Assembly (NCBI RefSeq): GCF_041956535.1
Contig: NW_027192208.1
Coordinates: forward strand, 211,036-275,035
DNA: 64,000 nt
Source of the DNA: Calcarisporiella thermophila CBS 279.70
Taxonomy: Eukaryota; Fungi; Calcarisporiellomycota
Reading direction: 5' to 3'
How positions within the stretch are numbered: position 1 is the first letter of the stretch; every line of letters begins with the position of its first letter. The notes beneath the pieces are model-generated. The model searched no databases. It was not told the DNA's origin and worked only from the letters and a program-made list of their open reading frames with translations. The position numbers and the translations under genes are program-made. Below, piece by piece: positions 50,595-64,000 of the stretch.

Positions 50595-51868
50595 AATTAC
50601 ATCAAAATTTTGGAATGTATGTCATCTGGTTAAATAGTTTGAAAATAAAATCATTTACAAAAATTTATTCTTATTCATCAAGGATAAAAAGGTTTGAAAA
50701 TGCTGACTTAGGTGAAAATTCGTATTAAAGGTGAGAGTTTGTATCCACACGCAGTTTACAGAGGAGTATCTATATGATATATTTGTATATGCAAAACCTC
50801 AAATATATTTTATGATGCTCACTGCAAAGAGCTGTCACTAATATAATATCTGTATATTTAGATTTAAGCATTTCCGAAATAAATTAACATTTCAGTTGAA
50901 GAGTTAGTAACGAGTATACTGTATACGAATAATAGTAGTTTATGTTTTTCAAATATTTAATTGTTTTATATGGGGGTTGTTCGTAAATGTAGAGGTAAAT
51001 GTAATAATAAAAGGCATCCCGAAACTTTTCTGAGATATTTTATGATTATTTTATGTTTTATCGAATGAAATAAACCATGACATATAAAGACACGCTATCA
51101 TATATGGCCAAATTGCAAATAATCCAAACTAAATTTAAAGAACCTAAAATGTTGGGTGAATTGATCAATCCATCTCTTGGCTGTATAGAATTTATTAAAC
51201 TAATGTTAATTATATATAATTTTCTCAAAAAAAAAAAGACTAAATAAAGCCCTGCGTAGAGAATCGTGCACGACAAATTGCCTCATAGGTATTAAGGATT
51301 CCGCAAGAGATATGTTAATGTTAATCATGACTATTATCACAACCATTCATGCTAGTAAGTTAATCTTATGTCAATATGAACATACCATTTGTAGTGTTTT
51401 GACATACATTTCTCTATATCTGGTGTTGGAGATGTAGAGTTTATCAGGAAGAATTAAGTCTGTTCTTATTTTTACACATTTTAATCGTATGCAGATATAT
51501 ATATGAGCAGTATGAATTGGCCTGTATCCACCTGCCTTAGTCCTCGAAAATTCATGCAACCACCTCCGAAATACATGCAATCAATTTGCAGCTCAATTTT
51601 AGTTTCTAAAAGTATGGCGCAGAAACGATTTCATTTCGACTGCAGCACAAAGGCGGCTTAGCATCGAATCTGATTCCCTTTTTAACACCTATTTCTGAGC
51701 GGAAGGACCTCTCTTCTTATCCTTTATTCTTCTTTTCATCCAACCATCCATCCATCTTTCTTGTATTGAAAACCTATTCAATCCAAGCAGAAAAGAATCA
51801 TAAGCAAAATCAGCGCATCTCTTATTCTATCTGTATCAGAGGTTTAGAAGCAAGTAGCATTATCTTTT

Positions 51869-52643
51869 ATGTCCGAAATTCAAAACTTGAAGACTTTTGG
51901 TAAGTGATTTTGATGGGATAATCGGTAACAATAATAGTCAATCTCACCTTTTCACTCTTGCCTATAGACCCCTTTGCTGATACTGGGGAAGACAACTCTG
52001 CCGGATCTTTTGATCAACAACAATATATTCGTATCCTCTTACTATAATGTTTATTTTTTGATAATCTCCCCAAATTGTTTTAATGTTTTTTATATGATGA
52101 TACCATTTGTTTTACTGTTGAGTGGGGAATAGAGATTAATCTCTTTCCTTTGGCTTTTGTCGTCTTCGTTTTGAAGTGCGGCATGCTGCTTCCACGGTGC
52201 TGTTTTATATAGTCATAGTTACACTGATTATATACATTAAAATTCTTTGGGGAGATTATTTTCTATTTTTTTTTGCTTTTCCTCATTTTTATTATCCATA
52301 ACCACCATCTCCCTTTCTCTGCGCATTATAGATATCCGCATTCAGCAACGTAACGGTCGCAAGGCCTTGACGACCTTGCAAGGTCTTCCCTCCGAATTCG
52401 ATAGGAAGAAACTCCTCAAGGCCTTCAAGAAGGAGTTCGCTTGCAATGGCACCATTGTAGCGGATGAAGAGCTTGGCGAGGTGAATGTCGTTTTTCCTGC
52501 CACGATTATTTCCTTCCATTCCTCACACGTTTTTCTTTATATAGGTCATCCAACTGCAAGGCGACCAGCGCACAAAGATTGTACAGTTTTTGGTTGAACA
52601 AGCCAATATCCCTAAGAAGCAGTTCAAAGTCCATGGGTTCTAA
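51869..52643 (+). CDS. SUI1: Translation initiation factor eIF1
   Basis: Introns 51900-51967, 52031-52331, 52481-52544; MSEIQNLKTFDPFAD...YIHIRIQQRNGRKALTTLQG...KKEFACNGTIV...GEVIQLQGDQR...KVHGF. Confidence 0.97.
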
Positions 52644-53151
52644 TGGCAGGGTTATTTTAAATCTTTTCTGTATCATGTTTTTATTTTCATAGTCTTTTAT
52701 ATGTAAGCCTTACTTTAAAGACTTGTAATAGTCCTTTTCCCCTTTTTTCCCCTCTCATAATATTTTCATTTCTATGTAAAAAAGGAAAACAAAGGGAAGA
52801 TTGCGATTGGTATTTTCTTCATTAAATTCAATTCATGTTTATACTTTTGTTTTTCTTTTGCTCGATTTCTTTTCTCAACAATAATACTATTTCGCTTTTT
52901 GTTTTGAAATATGAATCAACTAAAAAAAAAAAGAAAAAGAGAGGGGAAAAAAGGAGGAGGTAGTGGCAAGAGGTCTCTGTAGGGGAAAAATGTTCATGAT
53001 TCAGAGATTAGAAAGAAGTAAGTATACGTCTATGGCTTGATTTGCAATTACATCAATTAAGAATAAAAGATGAGCTGAGAATAAGAGAATAAGAATGCTA
53101 ATGAATACACTACAACAAAAAAATAAAGTAAATCAAAGCGATCATGAACTA

Positions 53152-53418
53152 CTACCACTTAAATGTCACAAGGGCATTGGTCTTGTATTTCTCTCCGTCC
53201 TCATCATGGATTGTTGAAAATAAGGCTAGCGCCCTTGCAAAGAAATCCTCCTCCTCGGCCGTCGATGTTGCTGATGAAGAGGGCGTGGCTGGTGCAGGCG
53301 GTGGCGCGGAGATGGGCTTGGAGTCGTTTGTGGATGAGGAGGAGGTGGAGTCGGGTGCGGAGAGAGGGCAGGGCGTGTGCAGAAGTGCAGGCTCAATGTC
53401 GTTGTAGAAGAATGCCAT
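53152..53418 (-). CDS. Small hypothetical protein (88 aa)
   Basis: ATG-started GC-rich ORF between AT-rich UTR-like flanks; S/P/T-rich middle, helical-looking C-terminus EEEDFFARALALFSTIHD. Confidence 0.5.
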   Translation of the reverse strand: MAFFYNDIEPALLHTPCPLSAPDSTSSSSTNDSKPISAPPPAPATPSSSATSTAEEEDFFARALALFSTIHDEDGEKYKTNALVTFKW

Positions 53419-53895
53419 TGCGAGAGGAGGGATGCGAAAGTCGAGGGGAGAGGGCTTTTTTAATGTGTTTGGTTTTGGGAGGAGTGGATCGAAGAAGTTG
53501 CTTGTACGGTTAAAGAGAAATTGCCCATTGAGAAAGAGGGAAATTGATTCGGTTTTAAAAAATTCTTTTTCTAAAAACAGCCTGCACCAGTGGTTTGCAT
53601 TCGTAACTTCAACGTGGCCAGTCTCGATGCAAATTCACTTTTGATTTTTTCTTACACTTTTTTTTTTTCCTTTTTCCCACTGGTGTCTTAAACAAAATCA
53701 AGGCAATCACTACAAATGGTCCCGAGTACATATCCCCTTGCTGGGAGAATTCTAGCATATGATTTAGTAAAATAGAGAGGCTGGTGAAATAGAAATGAAA
53801 ATGGTCTTATCAAAACTAAATAGGAATAACAATAAATGAATCGATAGAAAACAAAAAATATTTGGCTGTTGATGCTGCCCAGCCTTCTGCCAACA

Positions 53896-56800
53896 TCACT
53901 CCAGCCGCATCATGAAATTCGACGGGATTAACCCATTGATGCCTGGCGGGCAAGGGCCAGATGCGTCTTCTCGCATTTCCGCTTCCCACCAGCCGTCCTC
54001 CTGTTCAACAGTGACGGCAAATACGTCTCCGCGCCGGAATGAGAGCTCTTCGGGGATAGATGCGTTGAAATCGTACAGTGCTCGTGCTATTGTATGATAG
54101 AGTGATTAATAAATGTATTCCTGGGCTCTCTGCCGTTTTTTATTTTCAAGAGGGATTACCCCAAAACAAAATGGGTCTGCCGTTTCCGGCAAGTTGTCCG
54201 TGGGACGGCGAGCGCATCATTTGCATAGAAGGGCTTCGCATCATGGCCTGGGGTGGTGGCGCAAACACAGCCGAAGGTCTGCGTTGTGGTTCGCCGCCCT
54301 GAAGAGGCATTGGTGACATGGGCGGATTGGAATATCGCCGCATGGAGGGGTCTGTGTGATAGCCTGCAAGGGTATAGTCTTGACCAACGGGAATGGTATT
54401 GTTGCGCGGGGGTGCTGGAGACGGTTGTCGCGCCGGAGGGCCTGTATACTGCATGGGTGCGGGGGATACAGCGCGAGGAGGATAAACATTCGGCGCAGGA
54501 GAAACTGTACGCTGGTAAGCAACAGGTCCCGGAGGACCGCCAAAACTTGGCTGGCGGGATATAGTAGGGGGGGGTGCGCCATATAGGGAGGGGGGATGCT
54601 GCGAAAGGGAGCGCTGGTAACCTACTCCACCATTGCTTAAAGCGTAGCCGGATGCGGGTGATGATGCCCGCTGCTGGCGGAAACCCATTGCCTGAGGCGG
54701 CGGGCCTTGATGGTGATTGGAGTAGTTAGAGTGCATGGAGGGTGATCGATTCATTGCAGAAATGGGCCGCCCAGCAGCATACTGGTCGGAGGGAGGCAAG
54801 AGGGGCGACGGGCTGCGAAACAGTGCTTGAGTGGGTGGAGGGGCAGAGACAAAGCTTGGCTGCGTTTCTCCTGCCAATGACCCGTTCACCAGCCGCCCGT
54901 GTGCATCCAATTGAATACCAAACGAATTTGCCGTTGTGGTCCCTCCATATCCTTCGCCATTTTGAGGAGAAAGACCGCGCATGGGTGCGGGTGGGTAGTT
55001 TTGTGGAAGAGCTTGCATGGGGGATGTCGGCCGTTGCATGATATTCGGTGAAGGGCTTCGGGTTATTTGTGAACGAGCAGGTGCAGCTGCAGGTGATGGC
55101 GCTCGTGCTCCTGACCATTGTGTCGCGCTAGCAACCGAAGTCGAGGGCGGTAGTCCATTCGCTTGGTAGGGGGAAATGTTGCGTGGGCGAGACTGGGTTG
55201 CATACTCTGATGGAGGCTGAGGTTGAGGCTGTGGTGAGTGCCTTGCAGAGATGTCATGTTCGTCACTGGCTTTTCGCGTCAGCTCCGTAGGTGTAGGGTG
55301 GGTGGATGAAGCCGCTAGAGGAGCGCTGTTCTGAAGATGAGGTCGCGGGGATTTTGCACGAGGTATCATCCTTTCAATGGTATTATCTTCGGAGGGTTGG
55401 GTGGGTGTTCTACTTCGGAAGTCCATTGCGCGGCGGTTTTGCGACTCTGTCTGAGGAGAATCTATTCGCTTGGGGAATGCTCCGAGTTGGTCAAAGCTGG
55501 AATGGCTTGAGGGTGTACGCTTCATCCACGTCGAATCTTCTACGTTACTCTTCGTGTGATTCACGGCCGCGGTAGAGGAGGATGAGGTAGTGGCGGGGAT
55601 AGGAGTTGTGGTAGGTGGAGCGGAGGAATAGTTGTCCTTCGGTGGTACCATTGGAGCGACCCTTTTATCGTCGTCTGGCGTAGTGGTAGAGCGTCGGTTG
55701 TTTGCCTGCTGATCAAGTCGTGCAAGTAAGGCTGCGATCGATTTACGCTTGGTCCATGTGGCAGAGTTATTTTGCGAACCGTCTCGGTCACCGTGGTTAT
55801 TGTTGATGATCTGCTTCACTTCCTCCAGTGGAGGCAGCTTGTACATGGCCTCACTGCTCTCTGAGGTGAAATCATCACCAGCCGAGCGTTGGTTTTTCGT
55901 GTCCACATCGAACATATTTCCTCCGATTTGCAGTACTTCGCGTGCTCTAGGGTCAATTAGATTATCATCTTCTTCCATATTTGCTGTCCCTTCCTCTCCT
56001 TCCGGATCCTCCGCCGGTAAATCAGGTAGCCGATCCTTGCGAATAACGCCGTTGGTGACGACGGCAGGGGAAGAATAGAGCTTTGCTCGACGCTCAAGGA
56101 TGGAGGTGGTGGATGGGTCTGGAAGAGTATCCGGGTCGATAGGTTCCGTATTCGTCGAAAATGATCGCGAGGTATTGGCACTAATGCTAGTGGTGCGATT
56201 GGAAGGTGTGTAGTTCCGGTCACCGTTGACAAGAGCATTGGGTTTGACGGGAGACGAGAGCGGGGAAGGAGATTCTGATCGTCGATCGAAGGTTCGCGTA
56301 GGCTTGGACTCGATACTGCGGGGAGAGCTTGAAGAAAAATTAGCCTTGCGAACGGTGGGGCCACTCACGTCCAACGGGCCATTGAAGAAATTGATGTATT
56401 TCGGAGGATCTATATTGGGGTTAAAGCAGGGTGAGTATATGAGTTAAGCTTGACCGGGTAATATGAACAGCTCATACCTGGGATTTCATTTCCTGTTCCT
56501 TTCTCGCGAACAAACGTAGTAATATCTTTCTCTATCTCACAACCTTCTAAGGATACGCGAATACGTTCACTAGACTAAAAATCTAAAAGCGTAAGCATTA
56601 TGGCTAGAAAGCAAAAAATGCCTATTAATTCCTTACCTCATCGTCTGATACGCACGCGGCCGATAGCACATTGGCATAGTTCCATAGGCTGTTGCGTAAA
56701 AACTCGATTCTTTCTTCTTCCAAATTTTGAAACACCTTTAAAAAACTTAGGGCTTCAGAATGTCATGTTTGATGCTTGGAAAAGAATAGTCTCTTACATC

Positions 56801-57841
56801 GCACGCGACCTTCCATCCCGAATTCCATGCGTCTGTCGCTGCCTCTAGTGCTTTGAGAGCACACTGGTATTCTTGATCTAAAATAAAAAAGGTTAAATCG
56901 TTGTAAGATTGAATATATGTGGTTGGAGGTCGTACCTGCATGTTGGACCAGTTGTTGCGACTTTTGCAGTTTCATCTTCGCCTAAACATAGGATCAAAAA
57001 TCAAATAAAAGAGAGGGGATGGGTTATTGTAAATTCATCAGCCATACCCTCTCGAGTTCACGCCCCGAGACCGAGGATTGTTGGGAATCCAATGTATTCG
57101 CTTTAATACACTCCGAATCGTATTTCTCTTTTGCTTTAATGACATTGGAGGTATAGAGCTGCTTATTACGATGGGTCTTCTCTACTATTCCTTGTTGCTA
57201 TTGAGGAAGGGAATTGCTTTAAAAGTTGGTAACCAGCAATTCATTGTAGGAACTTGGAATAATACCACTCGACGTTTTTCACGCTGTGAGGCTATAAAAT
57301 CACCTAATTGCACTTCGAGTTCGTCACGTATCTGCTGAGCAAGATTAATGCGTACCTTGGCGGTTGCTTCGAGCTCTTTTCGCACAGTATCAATAGAGTC
57401 TTTTAGCGTGCTGTAGCAAACATGGAAATAAGAATGAATCAATTCCATGCTTAAGGCTTTGTTGGCAATATGTGAGCCAACACTTACCCGGTTTCGTCTT
57501 TGCCTACACTTGTTTTGGCGAGTCGTAGAAGCTGTCTTCCATATTCTTCTTCTATCCTAGCCCTGACACCACAGCGCAAGATAAGCGGCCTACTTAACTT
57601 CAAGCTGACAAAGGAGAAAGTTACCTTGAAATGTAGAATTGCTTCACTTCCTCGCAGGTCTGTTTTGCCTGACGCATTCTGTTCAATAATGCGTCCAGTC
57701 CTGCATCGTCGCGTCCCTAATAGTGATTAAAGATTGTTTATTCGACCACCGACTTAATGACGCGTTGTCGTGAGCAAGTCCTACCCAGAAGTTATTGCAG
57801 AAGAGTATATCTGTAGGCCTTTCTGTATCGCTACGTGCCAT
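53896..57841 (-). CDS. HOF1: F-BAR + SH3 cytokinesis protein (Hof1/Cdc15/Imp2 family), multi-exon
   Basis: N-terminal FCH/F-BAR FCNNFWGRDDAGLDALLNRMRQAKQTCEE...RARIEEEYGRQL; long S/P-rich linker; C-terminal SH3 ARALYDFNASIPEELSFRRGD...DGWWEAE...GLIPSNF. Confidence 0.9.
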
Positions 57842-58135
57842 GTATGAATTTCTCTAGTGTATGAAGGGTGTTGTCATAAAACAAAGTAGGAAAATATCCT
57901 AAAATTATTAGTGACCAGAACGCGTCAAGCTGATCATTTTAAGCGGAAATAATGTGGAATTTGCTCCGGCATTTCAGAACATTTTATTTTCTGAAACCCC
58001 GACCGTCTCCCTCGTTTCATTAATTTAACTTGTGGGGAACATTATTTCATTTTTTATGAGCCTATAATTCACTGCAATTTTAAGAACATTAATCTTGTCG
58101 CCGATTATTTTGAAGTGTTTTATTGTCTTCAAGAA

Positions 58136-58871
58136 ATGAGCTCTTATACATTCATCACCAATCTTTCCATTGTGCATTTTACTACACTCCTTGGCTCTGC
58201 TCTAAGCCTTGGATGTTTCAAGACACAGGAACCGGTGGTTGCAACCGGAGGCAAGACAACAGCACTTGATTACATCCCAGCTTCAACATTTAATTTTGCA
58301 ATAGGAATAAGGTCAGTAATGCAGAGATGACGTTGTTCTGTGGGAATATCATCATTCATGAAAGCTCATCATCAAAATGGTCTTCATATCAAAAGTGGCT
58401 TGAGCGGTGCATTTGCTCTATTCTTTTTGATCACAAACTTTTACATGTGGAAAAAATATGCAAAAAAGTCCAAGTGGATGCATATTGCAGTAAGTCATTA
58501 TCATATACTTTTATCGAGGCTCCAGTTCTAAATCTTTTGGTTCTTTTCCAAAATTCCATAGGTGCTGGGGATAGCTGCCTTTTTAATGCTGTTTGTTTGG
58601 ATAGCGGCTGCCACCATGGGCTCTCAGCTATCCCAATTCTGTGGAAGAGCAGGAGCTGACTGTGGAAAAACACTTAGCACAGCCGGCAAAAACATCGATA
58701 TTATCTATGCTGGGGTGGGCTCTGCGGCTATCGCGGGTGTTCTCTGGGTATGGAATAGTGCACTAATAGAGCTGAAATGAGCCTAACTGTTTCTATCTTT
58801 TGTACCAGGCTATCTACCTTGTGGTGGAAATCTATCAGTACAGAGCACGCTTTGCAGCAAATCGATTTTAA
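58136..58871 (+). CDS. Small four-TM membrane protein (MARVEL-like), 4 exons
   Basis: Four hydrophobic segments after splicing (first intron 58312-58395); LFVWIAAAT followed by Cys pair FCGRAGADC in the second loop; ends AIYLVVEIYQYRARFAANRF*. Confidence 0.6.
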
Positions 58872-59228
58872 TACCTTAGTCCTCCATTTGCTCGTTATTT
58901 TCCCCAATAATGACTTCCTCCAACCACTATTCCTCTCCTCCAAACTCTCTTGATTTTATTGGCTCCATTTCTCAACTCTAAGCTAGACCCAATTTTATTT
59001 ATTCACAACCATAAAATTATTGACCGATCTCTTGTTTTGTTAATATGTTTTTGGCATCCTTTAGCTGTTTTTTTTTGACATTAATGTATTAGGTTTTGTC
59101 TTTAGACAAAATGAGCAACAATATATTATTAGGTGTATTTGGTGTATTTGGTGTATTTTTTGATTAGGCAAAAGAAAAAGAAAGATATGTATACAAAATG
59201 CAGGATAAATATATACGGGAAAGGGACA

Positions 59229-61807
<2,579 letters not shown>

Positions 61808-62004
61808 GGTTTTTCTTGAGCAAAGAAGTAATACCAACTCTTAACATTCACTTTAAATTATCGGGATTTGGCTGCGCCACTCTATATGTACCTAAGAAAT
61901 CGAAGTTTCATTTTTTTTTTTTTCAAACTCTAAGCTTTATATTAATAGAATCTATGGATGGACAATTATCTGCCTGGATTGGGGATAAGCTAGGTGGAAC
62001 AACA

Positions 62005-63603
62005 ATGGCCGCAAAAGAAGGGGCGGCAATGGCGGCATTGGTGGTTCCTCTCTATTATCGCTCCCTTATTCTTGTGATTGTTGCCATAGTAGGATGGGGA
62101 TTGAATATTCAGATATTGGGCTATTACCACATTGACGTTCCCTCCCTGGTTTATTCTCCACGATATGGCAAATCAATAACTCGGAATCCGCATCGAGCCA
62201 TGTATATCATTGGAACTGCCATGACAATATTTGTCGGATTAAGCAGCTGGTTCTTTTGGAACACTGTCAGGAACCGTTTTACACTTGCCTTTGTCGATGC
62301 ACCAGCCGGAAAGCCTCCTGTATTAGACGTTGGATCGCGTTGGTTGCCGATGACATGCTACTTAATTATCCTATTCATCGCTGCATGCCCTCTTAATGTT
62401 CTGTTCAGAAATGAGCGTATACAGTTTTGGAGGTGAGTCTAACTACCAGCATTTTGGAGTTCAGTTCGATATTCATTGTTTTATTTGTTTCTGTAGAGCA
62501 CTCTTTCGATGTTTCTCTTTAAGCCTGCGTCAGGAGATCTATTTTGCTGATATTTTATTTGCTGATTATCTCACAAGCTTTGCTCGGGTATTCGCGGATT
62601 TGTACGGAACTGGGTGTGCATTTGTATCTCTCAACCGTAACGCTAACGATATCCTTGACCCAAGTTCGAATTATTGCCATCAACGAGTGGTTGGGCCTAT
62701 TCTTATGGCGTAGGTACCCTCCTTTATGTCTCCCCCGCATTTATCTAATGTGCAAGCGGAATGAATTTAATGATTCGTTTTCTGTTTTCCCATAGCGTCC
62801 CATATTTAATTCGCCTCCGCCAATGTATATGCGAATATCGTGCTTCGCGATATGCGAACCAGCGCCACTTATATAACGCAATTAAGTATGCCACTTCGCT
62901 GCCCGTCATCCTATTTTCCGCGCTCCAAACTAGTGAAGGTAGCAGCGGGAGGGTGGTGCTCGATGGGGGTGAGGAGGCCATGGTTTCAACATCAACCACT
63001 TTTTATCTTTGGTATGTGGCTCATTGAGTGCAAGAGTCCTTCTGCTTGATCCTATATCAGCTAACTCCTTTTTCCATTTCCAGGCTCTTTTTCGTTTGCA
63101 TTAATTCAGCCTACTCGTTTTATTGGGATGTTTTCGTGGATTGGAGCGCTCTAGTTCCGGCTGATCCTGCCTATGACGCCACCCCCAATAATAGCCCGGC
63201 TACCGAGCTGATGGATACTTCTGCCTCGGGCACTTCCATCACTATCTCGTCGACCTCGCCCACCCCTCGATATTCCCACGACCGGCAAGATTACTTCAAG
63301 CCTGCAAAGAGCAACCTGGGCTCGAAGGGCAGCTCACGGGGAAGATGGTGGCTAAGGCTTCGGCCAAATCTTCAATTCGGTGATCCGGTAATATATTACC
63401 TAGCGATCGTGTCGAACTTTCTGCTGCGCACAACATGGAGTTTAAAACTCTCCACGCACTTGCGTATCGAAAATCTGGAGGGCGGCGTGTTTTTCATGGA
63501 GCTGCTGGAGATTGTGAGAAGGTGGATGTGGATCTTCTTCCGCATAGAAAATGCATACTTGTCTCGGCCAGGGACGCTCATAGAAATACCAACCATTAGA
63601 TAG
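62005..63603 (+). CDS. ERD1: EXS-family membrane protein (Erd1-like), multi-exon
   Basis: IYFADILFADYLTSFARV, VPYLIRLRQCICEY, HLYNAIKYATSLP, INSAYSFYWDVFVDW, LLRTTWSLKLS, LEIVRRWMWIFFRIE; no SPX domain; alternative in-frame ATG at 61954. Confidence 0.9.
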
Positions 63604-64000
63604 CCTGTAATAAAAGTTTCCTGACGTTTTGCTTTTAGTTTTATGGTCCTGCGGCTCCTCCATTTGAGCTGCCGCCTGTCTAGCGGCCTTAACTTCTTTC
63701 TTAAATTCTGAGAATAATCCGGGTCAATGCGAGAAGCCAAAAACGTGGGGATGCTTGATGGGGCATGATAGTCGATCGGGAAAAGATCCGATGGGCAGAA
63801 GATTAGGGCCTGCTTAAGTAAACAAAGGGCGCAAGGTTGGAGCGCCGGCGCCTGGGCTAAGGCCGGTGGGGCGCCATCGATGGGGCTGTTCTGGCCGGGC
63901 GGAGGCGGGGGGGGGGGGCCTTGCGTGCTGCGAGTTATCGCTGGTGCATTTGGAGCCATTATCTAAGGTTTCAGATACGAAAAATTTTGATCGCGAAGTT

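Larger units (their letters stand above)
47620..50640 (+). repeat. Diverged tandem duplication, period ~1.89 kb (47620-48790 vs 49520-50640)
   Basis: Exact anchors atgaagaggtcgctccttaaa (48101/49990), aaccacatcaccttgcggaatagac (48190/50079), actcagtgtctttgctatttcc, plus the duplicated CDS. Confidence 0.92.
39600..51600. other. AT-rich accessory island of small secreted Cys-rich peptide genes and decayed sequence
   Basis: Visibly AT-rich, gene-sparse, no housekeeping genes, two tandem ~2 kb duplications; boundaries approximate. Confidence 0.85.

Overview
Gene-dense, intron-containing (mostly ~60-100 nt GT-AG introns) eukaryotic DNA, most consistent with an early-diverging (non-Dikarya) fungus. 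This is an inference from fungal-type genes (PEP4, JSN1/PUF, HOF1, ERD1, DUF3020) sitting beside animal-like retentions (nicastrin, TRA-3/calpain-5-like architecture, full-length SREBP C-terminal domain, SAMHD1-like, DDX41, TBRG1-like). The window holds about 20 housekeeping or regulatory genes and a U1 snRNA, including two convergent SREBP paralogues. An AT-rich accessory island of about 12 kb (~39.6-51.6 kb) lies between a TMEM223-like gene and SUI1. It carries four intact genes for small secreted Cys-rich peptides of four different folds, plus broken copies. In the island, two ~2 kb tandem units share a homologous promoter and 5'-UTR-intron cassette but drive non-alignable mature peptides. 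A second tandem pair has an identical 5' half and a diverged 3' half. All calls were made by eye; no database searches were run.
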